Position numbers and translations under genes: made by a program
The notes under the pieces: model-generated
Databases searched by the model: none
What the model was told of the DNA's origin: nothing
What the model saw: the letters and a program-made list of their open reading frames with translations, nothing else
Shown here: piece after piece, positions 54,087-63,680 of the stretch
How positions within the stretch are numbered: the first letter of the stretch is position 1
How the letters are laid out: every line of letters begins with the position of its first letter
Assembly (NCBI GenBank): GCA_963826305.1
Contig: CAWGWZ010000002.1
Coordinates: 83,412-147,411 of the forward strand
Direction: 5' to 3'
DNA from: an uncultured delta proteobacterium
GTDB lineage: Bacteria > Desulfobacterota > BSN033 > UBA1163
Length of the DNA: 64,000 nucleotides

Positions 54087-55727
54087 TTAAAATTGTAAAG
54101 TGCGGATCCCTGCTGTCTTGGCTGTCTCGATCGCTGCATCATATCCGGCATCGGCATATCGTAGAACGCCCAATCCTGTTTCAGCGTTCAACGTCCGCTC
54201 GGCCCGGCGACCTCCAGCCTCCGTCCCATCGGCGATGACGGTTGTCCCACAGCTCATCCCATGGCCGGCCCTTCCGCCAGCCGTCGAATGGATGGTCACC
54301 AGATCGGCTCGACAGGCAACACTCAGGAGTGCATTCAACAACGGCCAATCTGCCACCGCATCACTGCCATCCAACATATTCTCCGTTTCCCGATAAGGCA
54401 TCGCAACCGAAGCAGCGTCAAGATGATCCCGGGTAAAAGCGACGGGGCCGTGCAGCGTTCCGTCATGAACCATTTTATTGACGATCAAGCCAAGCCGACT
54501 CCGCTGACCATGTTTGAGCCAGCAAATCCGAGCAGGAAGCCCTTGGAATTGAATGTATTTCCGTGCCATCCCGATCCAATGGCTCGCGTACGGGTCTTCG
54601 GCAAATTCTTCTAAGATCACCTCGTCGATGGCATCGATGTCCGCCGGGTCGCCAGAGATGGCCACCCAACGAAAAGGACCACGGCCCTCACAAAAAAGAG
54701 GTCTGATGAAACGAGGCATAAAGCCAGGGATGTCGAAAGCGCCCTTGACCCCAGCGGTCACCGCCTGAGCCCGGATGTTGTTGCCATATTCAAAAGCCAT
54801 CGCCCCTTTTTTCTGGAATTCCAGCATGACCTCCACATGTCTCCCAATGGATTCAAATACACGCTGAAGGTAGGTCTTCTGGTCACTCTTCCGTAATTCG
54901 GCCGCCTCGGCGATCGAGAGGCCTGCCGGAATATATCCGTAGAGCGTATCACTGGCTGAAGTTTGATCCGTGATGATGTCAGGGATCACATGGCGACGCA
55001 GTAGCTCCGGCAAGACCTCTGCCGTATTGCCGACCAGGCCGACGGACAGAGGCTCTTTTAAGGCCAGGGCCCTGTTGCAAAGGGCGAGGGCTTCGTCCAG
55101 CTTGTAGGAGATCTTATCGCAGTACCCTGTATCGATCCGGCGCCTTATTTTCTGTTCATCAATCTCGATGACCAGAGCAACGCCACCATTCATTGTTACA
55201 GAAAGTGGCTGGGCCCCTCCCATGCCCCCGCAGCCGCCCGTGATGACCAGTCGTCCCGCTAACGTCCCACCGAAGGCTTCCCGAGCAGCGGCAGCAAAGG
55301 TCACATAGGTTCCCTGCACGATTCCCTGGGTTCCGATGTACTGCCAACCTCCAGCAGTGAATCCAGCAGGCATTGTGAGGCCGCGGCGATCCAACTCATA
55401 AAATACCTCGGGCACGGCCCATCGCCCTACCAGATTTGCATTCGCCATGACGACGAGGGGAGCTTCGGGATGAGTAGGAAAGATTCCAATGGGCTTTCCC
55501 GATTGCATGACGAGGGTCTCCCCTTCCTCTAAGATCTGGAGGGCATGGACGATCTTGTCAAAACAATCCCAGTTTCGGGCTGCACGGGCGGTAGCAGCGT
55601 AGACGACCAGATCCTCGGGCCGCTCACCAACTTCGAGGACGTTTTCCAACATGCGGAGCAACGATTCTTGGCGCCACCCTTTGCATCGCAGTCTTGCCCC
55701 TTTATTCACGCGAATCTTTCGTGTCAT
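54087..55727 (-). CDS. Urocanate hydratase (HutU) family protein, divergent paralogue
   Basis: Full-length similarity to urocanase motifs (SGKP.G.F.TH..AP, GGMGGAQPL, TDQTSA, FRWVA.SGDP, ETE.M.DGSDAVADWPLLNA). Several canonical positions are altered. Confidence 0.8.
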   Translation of the reverse strand: MTRKIRVNKGARLRCKGWRQESLLRMLENVLEVGERPEDLVVYAATARAARNWDCFDKIVHALQILEEGETLVMQSGKPIGIFPTHPEAPLVVMANANLVGRWAVPEVFYELDRRGLTMPAGFTAGGWQYIGTQGIVQGTYVTFAAAAREAFGGTLAGRLVITGGCGGMGGAQPLSVTMNGGVALVIEIDEQKIRRRIDTGYCDKISYKLDEALALCNRALALKEPLSVGLVGNTAEVLPELLRRHVIPDIITDQTSASDTLYGYIPAGLSIAEAAELRKSDQKTYLQRVFESIGRHVEVMLEFQKKGAMAFEYGNNIRAQAVTAGVKGAFDIPGFMPRFIRPLFCEGRGPFRWVAISGDPADIDAIDEVILEEFAEDPYASHWIGMARKYIQFQGLPARICWLKHGQRSRLGLIVNKMVHDGTLHGPVAFTRDHLDAASVAMPYRETENMLDGSDAVADWPLLNALLSVACRADLVTIHSTAGGRAGHGMSCGTTVIADGTEAGGRRAERTLNAETGLGVLRYADAGYDAAIETAKTAGIRTLQF

Positions 55728-55896
55728 CTTCTCTTTCCTTTCCGTGCCTAAGGCAAACGATCAAGAACGAATATCTCTGCTTCTGGCCGCTCTCCACCCG
55801 GTATCGAACACGTTAAAGTTCAGGGGATAGATATGCTCGAACCTTGCTACATTCCTAACTTCGTGTCAACCGCACAACGATCAGGAGGATTTGTGA

Positions 55897-56328
55897 CTAA
55901 TCCTCTTTTATTAACGTGATCAAACCCTGATCTGCATTCACCTTCACGTAACTGTCATTTTGAACGTTCTGATAAAACTTTTCTTCCACCCGATCTACAA
56001 GGGGGAGATTCCAAATGACCGCACCCGCCACCAAGACGGGGTCTGGATTTCGGACAATCATGGCCTTGGGAGCTGTTCCTTTCTTGGTCAGGTTGTGAAG
56101 ACCCGCACCTTGAGCTACAGAGCTTCCCTTTCCGGCTGGGAAGATTAAGATCTTGTTCGCCACGCTCCGCCCCTCCAAGGCATGATCCTTCTCCATCACG
56201 TTGCCCGTATCTGGATGAGCGAGATAAAAGCAGATATCATCCATCGAAATCAGGACTCTCCCTTCGCCTGTACCGCCCGAAATTTTGTGGCATTTGAATG
56301 AAAGAACCTGTTTTTCACCCATTAGCAA
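55897..56328 (-). CDS. Aconitase X swivel-domain subunit (DUF126)
   Basis: GEGRVLIS...LSF..G......G.......H.L.G.S...KILIFP.GKGSS pattern, adjacent to a DUF521 gene. Confidence 0.85.
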   Translation of the reverse strand: MLMGEKQVLSFKCHKISGGTGEGRVLISMDDICFYLAHPDTGNVMEKDHALEGRSVANKILIFPAGKGSSVAQGAGLHNLTKKGTAPKAMIVRNPDPVLVAGAVIWNLPLVDRVEEKFYQNVQNDSYVKVNADQGLITLIKED

Positions 56329-57539
56329 CCCCCTCTCAGAGCGGCTTCAATACATTCAAACCTTCTTTTGAGAATGAACTGAATCCCTCTCGGCAAATCG
56401 TAGTAAGCGGCTTTGAAACTATCGGTGATTCCAACTTTTCCTCTATAAAACCGCTCCCAGCAAATCATGTCGGAACACGTTCCAGCGATCAGATGTCCTC
56501 CTGCCCTATTGATGATCTCAAGATATCCCATGCGCTTTGCGAGTTCCTTTGTATAAAAAGAAGTCATCACCCAGAAGTCAACACCTTTGGAAATCGTTTT
56601 CCCCTCTAACAGGCGAGCGACATCTCGAACCTGGTTCAGGTTATAGTGGGGACACCCAAACATGACAAAATCGATCTTGCCCTCGCCATAGGAGGTGACT
56701 TGTTGCATTTTCTTTAGATCGGTATCCGACACGGTCACTTCTTTCTTGGGAGATTCTCCACCCAGAGCTGCTTCCAGGTTCGGTGCTTCTGAAGTCAATC
56801 CGACAAGATGGTACATCGCAACGGCGCCACTGGTAGCCAATTCGGCACCGAGGCTCGTTAACTCCTCGGGAGAAGGACGAAGAGAAGACATGCCCGTGAA
56901 AACAGGAATGCTCGCACCCACTTCCTTTCCAACCTTATAGCCCAAGCAGTGATAATCAAAATCGTTTCTTAGCGTTGCCTCCACGTTGACTAAAACTTCC
57001 CCCCTCCTGTTCTTCTCCAGGAGCAGGCCATACCACGGAACTCTCCCAATAACCGCTGCAGCCAGTGCGCTATTGGCGGACTCGCGGTGACTCCTCGCCC
57101 CGCAAACAGAGTTGACATACGGTGTCGCGCTCGATTCTGAAAATGCGATGATCTCGCCAACGTGGGGGACATTATCCCCCAGGTATGGGGTACAGCACTC
57201 ACTCGGAATGATCCCTATTTTTTTGCGGGCCTCCCTTGCTCTGACCGTAGGCCTCACGTCTTCTTCGAAGACCGGTTTACCTATGCTTTTCAAGTAATCG
57301 GCATCCCACGTGGGATTACATGTTGTGGGTACCTGACAACGGGCACCCATTTCCGCAAGGAGTTCCAAGAACCAGACGCTTGACTCGGAGGCACCAAAGG
57401 CTTCATGAGCTCGATGGATCCTCACCATCCGCTCGGCATCAAAGGCCTCCCCCAAGGCAACTTGGATCTTCATTGCGTAGGCCATTGCCTCCCCAAATTT
57501 CCCCTCTAACATTTGTTGCTCATCATCGGTCAGATACAA
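56322..57539 (-). CDS. Aconitase X catalytic subunit (DUF521)
   Basis: MYLTDDEQQMLEGKFGEA..AMKI N-terminus typical of DUF521; 405 aa. Confidence 0.85.
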   Translation of the reverse strand: MYLTDDEQQMLEGKFGEAMAYAMKIQVALGEAFDAERMVRIHRAHEAFGASESSVWFLELLAEMGARCQVPTTCNPTWDADYLKSIGKPVFEEDVRPTVRAREARKKIGIIPSECCTPYLGDNVPHVGEIIAFSESSATPYVNSVCGARSHRESANSALAAAVIGRVPWYGLLLEKNRRGEVLVNVEATLRNDFDYHCLGYKVGKEVGASIPVFTGMSSLRPSPEELTSLGAELATSGAVAMYHLVGLTSEAPNLEAALGGESPKKEVTVSDTDLKKMQQVTSYGEGKIDFVMFGCPHYNLNQVRDVARLLEGKTISKGVDFWVMTSFYTKELAKRMGYLEIINRAGGHLIAGTCSDMICWERFYRGKVGITDSFKAAYYDLPRGIQFILKRRFECIEAALRGGC

Positions 57540-58095
57540 TTTGTTTTCTCCTTTTCTCTACGTACCAGTCCCTTCCTGCTTTGATTGCTTTGAGATTTTC
57601 TTCGAGAAGGCTGCCCTTGCCTTTTTTCTTCATCTCCTTCGTTAGCGCTTCCTCAATCATATCCACATTTAGGTTGGTATCCATTTCTGCAAAAATTCCC
57701 ATCGCGATCATATTGTGATACTTCTCCGGTCCTAAATTTCCAAAGGGGACAGAGATGAGCTGAAATTCTTTACCAAAAGAAGAAACGATTGCCGCCGTTT
57801 TCTCCGACTCCGCGCAGATCAAGACCCCGCCCTCCTTTACTTTGGACCCATACTTTTTCAGGGAGGCCTCATTTAATGTCACCACGAAGTCAGCATTTTC
57901 CACCGCCGGATCATGAATCTCTTCATCGGAGATGACAACCCCGCACTTGACCTCTCCGCCCCTCATGGCTGCGCCGTAAGAAGGAATGGAGATCACCTTC
58001 TTCCCTTTTTGGGCAGCAATGAGACTGATCATCGTCCCGAAGAACAAGACTCCTTGTCCGCCTGCACCAGCTACCAATATTTCCTCCCTACCCAT
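57523..58095 (-). CDS. 2-oxoacid:ferredoxin oxidoreductase gamma subunit
   Basis: ILVAGAGGQGVL motif; 190 aa; operon with the alpha and beta subunit genes. Confidence 0.88.
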   Translation of the reverse strand: MGREEILVAGAGGQGVLFFGTMISLIAAQKGKKVISIPSYGAAMRGGEVKCGVVISDEEIHDPAVENADFVVTLNEASLKKYGSKVKEGGVLICAESEKTAAIVSSFGKEFQLISVPFGNLGPEKYHNMIAMGIFAEMDTNLNVDMIEEALTKEMKKKGKGSLLEENLKAIKAGRDWYVEKRRKQIVSDR

Positions 58096-58867
58096 TACCC
58101 GCCCCCTTGCTCATATCCTTCTTCACACCTAAAGGATACTCTTTCATCACTTCTTGCTCCAGCCTCTTCACTGCTTCCTTTGGAGACAGGTGCCAGTTGG
58201 TCGGACAAACCCCTAATACTTCAACCGAATTGAACCCATGGCCCTCCATTTGGAGTTGTATCGCTTTAACAATCGATGCCCGACATCGATCCTTGTTGGT
58301 CCTGGAATTGACTGCTTCCCGGGTGATGAAATAAGATCTCTCGATGCTCGCCAGCATTTCTGAGACATGCAAGGGGTTTCCTGCATCCTCTCTATTCCTT
58401 CCTCCCGTTGTTGTGCTCGTTGCCTGTCCTAAAAGGGTTGTGACGGACATTTGACCACCCGTCATTGCATAAAGACCGTTGTTCACCCATATCGTAGAAA
58501 TCTTCTCCCCTCTCGCCGCGGTGTGAACCGCCTCAGCAATCCCGATCGATGCAAAATCTCCATCCCCTTGATAGGTGATCACGATTTTATCCGGGAGACA
58601 CCGCTTGACTGCCGTGGCCAGAGAAAGGGCTCTTCCATGGGGACCGCTCACGGCATCGACATTCAGGTAATTGATAATCTGTTCTGAGCATCCGACTGGA
58701 CCAACTAATATTAATTTGTCCCGTATCTCAAGCTCTTCGATGATCTCTGCAAGCATTCGAGTTAAGATATCATGAGTACAGCCAGTTCCTGCACAATATT
58801 GAAAGGGAACATCGAAGAGCACGCTGCTTCTATCTTTACCCAATTCGCTACCCTCCTGCTGGGTCAA
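58088..58867 (-). CDS. 2-oxoacid:ferredoxin oxidoreductase beta (TPP-binding) subunit
   Basis: YCAGTGC.H cluster-ligand region and GDGD TPP motif (YQGDGDFASIG). Confidence 0.88.
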   Translation of the reverse strand: MTQQEGSELGKDRSSVLFDVPFQYCAGTGCTHDILTRMLAEIIEELEIRDKLILVGPVGCSEQIINYLNVDAVSGPHGRALSLATAVKRCLPDKIVITYQGDGDFASIGIAEAVHTAARGEKISTIWVNNGLYAMTGGQMSVTTLLGQATSTTTGGRNREDAGNPLHVSEMLASIERSYFITREAVNSRTNKDRCRASIVKAIQLQMEGHGFNSVEVLGVCPTNWHLSPKEAVKRLEQEVMKEYPLGVKKDMSKGAGNG

Positions 58868-59897
58868 TGGTTTTGCGAACCTGCACCATGACCTCGTCGC
58901 TCGTAGGGACGATCCCTCCTACCCGTCCATAAAATTCAATGTCCTTGAGATTGGCCGCGGCGATCCTTACATCATCGATCATCTGCCCAGGGCTCATCTC
59001 CACCACCAGGAGCTTCTTCGTCTTCTGCGCAGCCTTTTTCAACTCTTCATAGGGAAAAGGATATAAAGTAATGGGTCTAAACAGACTCGTCCGGATCCCC
59101 TCTTGGGAGGCTTTTAAGACGACCGATTTGCAAACCCTAGCCATGGTGCCAAAGGCCACGATGAGGAGATCGTCCATCCTGTCGCCCCATAATTCGAATC
59201 GTTCTTCCTCTCTCCTGATTTTCTCATACTTCTCCTGGAGTTTTAGGTTGAGTTTTTCTCCACTGAAAAATTCAGGAAATTTATTCCTCGGCCGGTTGAA
59301 TGCACCGGTCAAAGCCCAGGGAGGGGGAGGGGGAAGCTCTTGGAGGGGCGGTGGAAGGTGAACGAGTTCGTAGGCCTGACCCAACATCGCATCGGTCAAC
59401 ATCAATACGGGGATTCGATACCTTTCGGCAAGCTCAAAAGCGGGAAGAACCATATCCACCATTTCCTGTGCAGTGGAGGGTGCCAATACGATTGTCCGAT
59501 AGGGACCGTGCCCGCCCCCTCGTGTTGCGAGAAAATAATCGGATTGCGAAGAGCTGATCCCGCCGAGACCTGGACCATCCCGACTAATATCTATAATCAC
59601 ACAAGGGAGCTCTGCCCCACAGATATAAGATATTCCTTCTTGCATCAAACTAATTCCAGGGCCAGAGGAGGCGGTCGCTGCTCGCTTTCCCGTCGCCGCA
59701 GCACCATGAACCATGTTGATCGCCGCGATTTCACTCTCCACCTGTAAGAATATGCCCCCCACTTGTGGCATCCTCCACGACATGTACTCAAGGAGCTCAG
59801 ACACAGGAGTAATGGGATAGCCGCAGTAAAAACGGCAGCCTCCTCGGATGAGTGCCTCTCCCAAAACATGACACCCTTTTGCGAATTGCTCTTCCAT
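58848..59897 (-). CDS. 2-oxoacid:ferredoxin oxidoreductase alpha subunit
   Basis: GYPITPVSELLEY, ESEIAAINMV.GAA..G and TASSGPG motifs. Confidence 0.9.
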   Translation of the reverse strand: MEEQFAKGCHVLGEALIRGGCRFYCGYPITPVSELLEYMSWRMPQVGGIFLQVESEIAAINMVHGAAATGKRAATASSGPGISLMQEGISYICGAELPCVIIDISRDGPGLGGISSSQSDYFLATRGGGHGPYRTIVLAPSTAQEMVDMVLPAFELAERYRIPVLMLTDAMLGQAYELVHLPPPLQELPPPPPWALTGAFNRPRNKFPEFFSGEKLNLKLQEKYEKIRREEERFELWGDRMDDLLIVAFGTMARVCKSVVLKASQEGIRTSLFRPITLYPFPYEELKKAAQKTKKLLVVEMSPGQMIDDVRIAAANLKDIEFYGRVGGIVPTSDEVMVQVRKTIDPAGG

Positions 59898-61243
59898 CAG
59901 TCCATTTTCCTCTTGTCGACCATGCGTATATTGCCTGTCTTAGATTGGTCATCTGTTGCCGTCGGCAAGCTATACGGTTCTACAAAGTTAATTTGTTTGG
60001 GAGTGACTCCCAAAACGGCTTGAAAACTGTCTTTTAGACGTTTCGTTAAATCGATCTGCTTTCTTTCATCTTCGAGTAAATTTCGATCACTCACCTCTAA
60101 ATCGACGACCAGTCGATCAAGCCCTTTTTCATCCGAATCCACGATGCATCGGAAATTGGAACCTGCCTCCTCAAATTTGAACAGAACCTCTTCCACTTGT
60201 GAGGGAAAAACTGTAAATCCCCCGATGGAAACACCGTCATCGACTCTCCCTTTGACGCTCCCAATTCTGATATGCGTTCTGCCGCAGCTGCATGGCTCAG
60301 GGATGATTTTGGAAAGGTCACCGCTCCGGTACCGGATGATGGGCACCGTTTCTGAGACTAAAAATGTCCAGACCAATTCCCCCTCCTCCCCATCAGGCAC
60401 CCATTCACCCGTCTTCGGATCGATGCACTCAACGAGGATATGGTCCGTCCAAACATGCATCCCCTCTCGCCTCTCGCATTCACAGGCCATTCCGGGACCG
60501 AGGAGTTCTGTCATCCCATACTCATCGTAAGCCATGAGGCCAAACAAAGATTCAAGCTTATTCCGTGTCGATGTGGAAGTGGGTTGTCCGCCAAATATCG
60601 CGACCCTTGGATAAGGCTTCTCATGAAAATTCATCCCTTGTTCAGCAGCCAGTTGGGCCATATATGCCATGAATGTAGGGCTGCCCCCAATACAAGCTAC
60701 TTTTAAATCCTCCATCAATTCGATCTTTTGCTGGGCCCGTCCCAATCCGGTGGGAATGACGCAAGCCCCGATATAGTGCGCTCCGAAATGATATCCAAAG
60801 GCTCCCGTGGCCAGTCCATAACCCCCGATTTTTAAAAAATATTCTCCCGGGCGGAGGCCGATAGCCCAGAGATTTCGTCCGTTCCGTTCCGCCCATAGCT
60901 TGATATCCTTATTCGTTGCAAAGATGAGCGTAGACTTCCCCGTTGTTCCACTACTTCCATGGATCTGCTTCACCTTTTCTCTTTCAACTAAAAGCAATTT
61001 GTCCGGATAAGCTTCGCGAGACTCTTTTTTGCTCATCAAAGGGAGCTTTTGAATGTCTTCCAGTCTTTTTATCTTTACGTTTTGGGCGTTGTGTTTTTCA
61101 AGGAAGTCTCTATAAAAAGAACATTGGGTGCGCGCTCGATTGAAAAGGCCTTCTAATCTTTCCACTTGAAGACGGCGCAGTTCTTTTCTTGGCATGCATT
61201 CCGCTTTTTCATTGAGATATTTCTCTCCTCTCTTTGCCTTCAT
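59897..61243 (-). CDS. Phenylacetate-CoA ligase (PaaK) family protein, canonical type
   Basis: GSSGTTGKST, DEYGMTE, IRYRSGD, CSCGRT and GRVDD motifs. Confidence 0.85.
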   Translation of the reverse strand: MKAKRGEKYLNEKAECMPRKELRRLQVERLEGLFNRARTQCSFYRDFLEKHNAQNVKIKRLEDIQKLPLMSKKESREAYPDKLLLVEREKVKQIHGSSGTTGKSTLIFATNKDIKLWAERNGRNLWAIGLRPGEYFLKIGGYGLATGAFGYHFGAHYIGACVIPTGLGRAQQKIELMEDLKVACIGGSPTFMAYMAQLAAEQGMNFHEKPYPRVAIFGGQPTSTSTRNKLESLFGLMAYDEYGMTELLGPGMACECERREGMHVWTDHILVECIDPKTGEWVPDGEEGELVWTFLVSETVPIIRYRSGDLSKIIPEPCSCGRTHIRIGSVKGRVDDGVSIGGFTVFPSQVEEVLFKFEEAGSNFRCIVDSDEKGLDRLVVDLEVSDRNLLEDERKQIDLTKRLKDSFQAVLGVTPKQINFVEPYSLPTATDDQSKTGNIRMVDKRKMD

Positions 61244-61273
61244 TTTGCCTTCCTTTCAATACGACCCACTGGC

Positions 61274-62302
61274 TCACCGATGGTTAAGTGCTTCGGGGTT
61301 AATCATATCTTCTGGAATTTTTCCTTCTAATGCGTCGGCTACTGCTTTGATCGCTCTGGACTTGCATTCCATCCGCGCTTCTTGAGAAACAAAGGCAGAG
61401 TGAGGTGTCACAATCACGTTAGGCATCGACAGCAATGGGTTCGTACGATCGGGGGGCTCTTGGGCTAAAACATCCAAGCCTGCACCGGCGATTTCTCGTT
61501 TCTTGAGGGCATCAACGAGGGCTAACTCATCGATCACTTCTCCTCGGCAGGTATTGATCAGGTAGGCTGTATCTTTCATCGACTCAAAAACTTCTGCATT
61601 AAAGAGATGATATGTCTCTTTGGTCAGAAGCACATGCAGGGAAATGAAATCAGAAGTACGAACCAAGTCGTCGAAACGAACGCACTCAATACCCTGTCCC
61701 GACAAATCGGATTCAGAAACATACGGATCATATCCCTTTACGCTCAAGCCAAAGCACCTCGCCTTCCGGGCGACGGCTCTCCCAATCCTCCCCAAACCCA
61801 GGATTCCCAAAACCTGTCCTTTAATCCTTGTAAGAGGCCCAATATCAGAGGCTTTCCACAAAGCTTTCCTGGTCATATTCTGGCACTCTGGCAAATGCCG
61901 GCTGAGAGCCAGAATCAAAGCCAAAGTATGGTCGGAGACTTCTTCCAAACAGTAACCAGGGACATAGGTGACAATGATTCCATGTCGGGTGGCCGCATCA
62001 ATATCAACGTGGTTAAATCCCCCTCCTGTAACCGATATGATTTTACAGGAAGCTAATCCTCGAATATCCTCTGCGCTCAATGGGGAAAAGCTGACTTGAA
62101 GGAGGATCCCTTTAGCCTGGGGAGCATACTTACCATAATCCTCTCTGTAAGCAGAACTCCGAGTCACCACTAAATTCGTATACCCCTGTTCTTGAAGCAT
62201 TTCGCGCTCTATCTCATGCGAAGGATTCTCGTCATCCAATCTCCAAATTAAATCATTCCGGGCAGGCCCTTTCCGCTCAGGCGGGGTCGTGCTCATAGAC
62301 AA
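61274..62302 (-). CDS. D-isomer-specific 2-hydroxyacid dehydrogenase family protein
   Basis: GILGLGRIGRAVA, RGEVIDE, and the PH.A..S order of motifs. Confidence 0.85.
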   Translation of the reverse strand: MSMSTTPPERKGPARNDLIWRLDDENPSHEIEREMLQEQGYTNLVVTRSSAYREDYGKYAPQAKGILLQVSFSPLSAEDIRGLASCKIISVTGGGFNHVDIDAATRHGIIVTYVPGYCLEEVSDHTLALILALSRHLPECQNMTRKALWKASDIGPLTRIKGQVLGILGLGRIGRAVARKARCFGLSVKGYDPYVSESDLSGQGIECVRFDDLVRTSDFISLHVLLTKETYHLFNAEVFESMKDTAYLINTCRGEVIDELALVDALKKREIAGAGLDVLAQEPPDRTNPLLSMPNVIVTPHSAFVSQEARMECKSRAIKAVADALEGKIPEDMINPEALNHR

Positions 62303-62332
62303 CTCCTTTACAAATCTTCATCCGTCTTATTT

Positions 62333-63667
62333 TTATTTATGAAAAAGACTTGTCAGCTCGGTCAAATTGGAGAGCTTCTCCAGTCTCTGAACCCCTTCCA
62401 TCACTCTTTTTGAATTCTCTAAACGGATGCTCTTCGTGGCAAGTCTCTTGAATTTATCCGTGAATTCACGATCACTCAATGGATTTTGGGGGTCCCCTTT
62501 GGGCCGAGTCACTTTCGCTCTATAGAATTTCCCAGAGGTCGTCTCGATTTCTACTTCACAAGGGGCCATCTTCGGGAAATCCTTATCGAGTTCAGGGCTG
62601 TGGAGGACTTCAACCCTATCCGCAATAGCTGTAATATCCGGGTCGGATAGCCTTTCTTCCATGATTTGATCCGGGCCCACCTCTCCGTCGGTTACCGCAG
62701 CACCGACCAAGAAGGGAATGCTGTACTGGGCAGATTCCATCGTCTTCGGATGGGCCTTATTTAAATGGGTTGCATCAAGAAAAGTTCTGACAGAAATTTT
62801 CTTAATCGTCCCTCTTCTCACGTCATGATGCTCTTTCATTAACTGCACGATCCCCTCTATGGCTGGGTGAGTCCATCGACAGCAGGTGTAGGGTTTAAAG
62901 TAAACATTATTGATTTCAAAAGACTCCCCATAATCCGGGAGCGAACTTAAAGAAAAGTCAATCGCAGAGGAAACCCCAGTAAATCCTTCTTTTGCCAAGA
63001 GGGCTGAATGGATTCCCACGACGGCTCCCCATCCGCTACAAAACTTGGTCATTGGCACGAAACCATTTATTTTGAGATCGTCTGTAACGGGAGCCACTGG
63101 AGCCAAAGTGGCACTAATCGCAAGGGCCTGCTCGATTTCTTCTAAATTGAGCCGCAAAAGCTTCGACACCGCAGCCGCTGCACCCACACTTCCCCATCGT
63201 CCGCTCCCTAAGCTTGTGGCAGGTGGTAATTTGACCCTAAAAATATGCCCAACGCGAATCCCGACCTCGTAGCCGCAAACGATCGCCTCAAGAAACTCCT
63301 GACCCGTATTCTGGTTACTTTCTGCGATGGAGAAGGCTGCTGGAATCACCACGCCTCCTGGATGCCCAACTGCCGCTCGATGACCATCATCGATATCCAA
63401 AACCGAGCCCATGGTACCGTGGACAAAGGCAGCATTTTGGCTGAAAACCTTATCATTTGTAGGCCATATTGTCGCTTCTCCGGCCCCCCCTGAGATCCTT
63501 GCGATTTTGAGAGAGATTTGACCCGCCTTCGTCTTCGCTCCCCCCAACACAGCCCCCATTAAATCGACAAGGCAGCTTTTTGCTTTTTCGACGGTCCGAT
63601 CATCGAGTCGATTGAATTTTAGATTTTTCACAAATTCTGCAGATCGTCTCATCCCCTGGTTGATCAT
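62333..63667 (-). CDS. MmgE/PrpD family protein (2-methylcitrate dehydratase-like)
   Basis: 444 aa with N-terminal pattern FV..L.F..L....V.KAK.CL.D..G..LGG typical of PrpD. Confidence 0.85.
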   Translation of the reverse strand: MINQGMRRSAEFVKNLKFNRLDDRTVEKAKSCLVDLMGAVLGGAKTKAGQISLKIARISGGAGEATIWPTNDKVFSQNAAFVHGTMGSVLDIDDGHRAAVGHPGGVVIPAAFSIAESNQNTGQEFLEAIVCGYEVGIRVGHIFRVKLPPATSLGSGRWGSVGAAAAVSKLLRLNLEEIEQALAISATLAPVAPVTDDLKINGFVPMTKFCSGWGAVVGIHSALLAKEGFTGVSSAIDFSLSSLPDYGESFEINNVYFKPYTCCRWTHPAIEGIVQLMKEHHDVRRGTIKKISVRTFLDATHLNKAHPKTMESAQYSIPFLVGAAVTDGEVGPDQIMEERLSDPDITAIADRVEVLHSPELDKDFPKMAPCEVEIETTSGKFYRAKVTRPKGDPQNPLSDREFTDKFKRLATKSIRLENSKRVMEGVQRLEKLSNLTELTSLFHK

Positions 63668-63680
63668 AGCGAATCGGATA

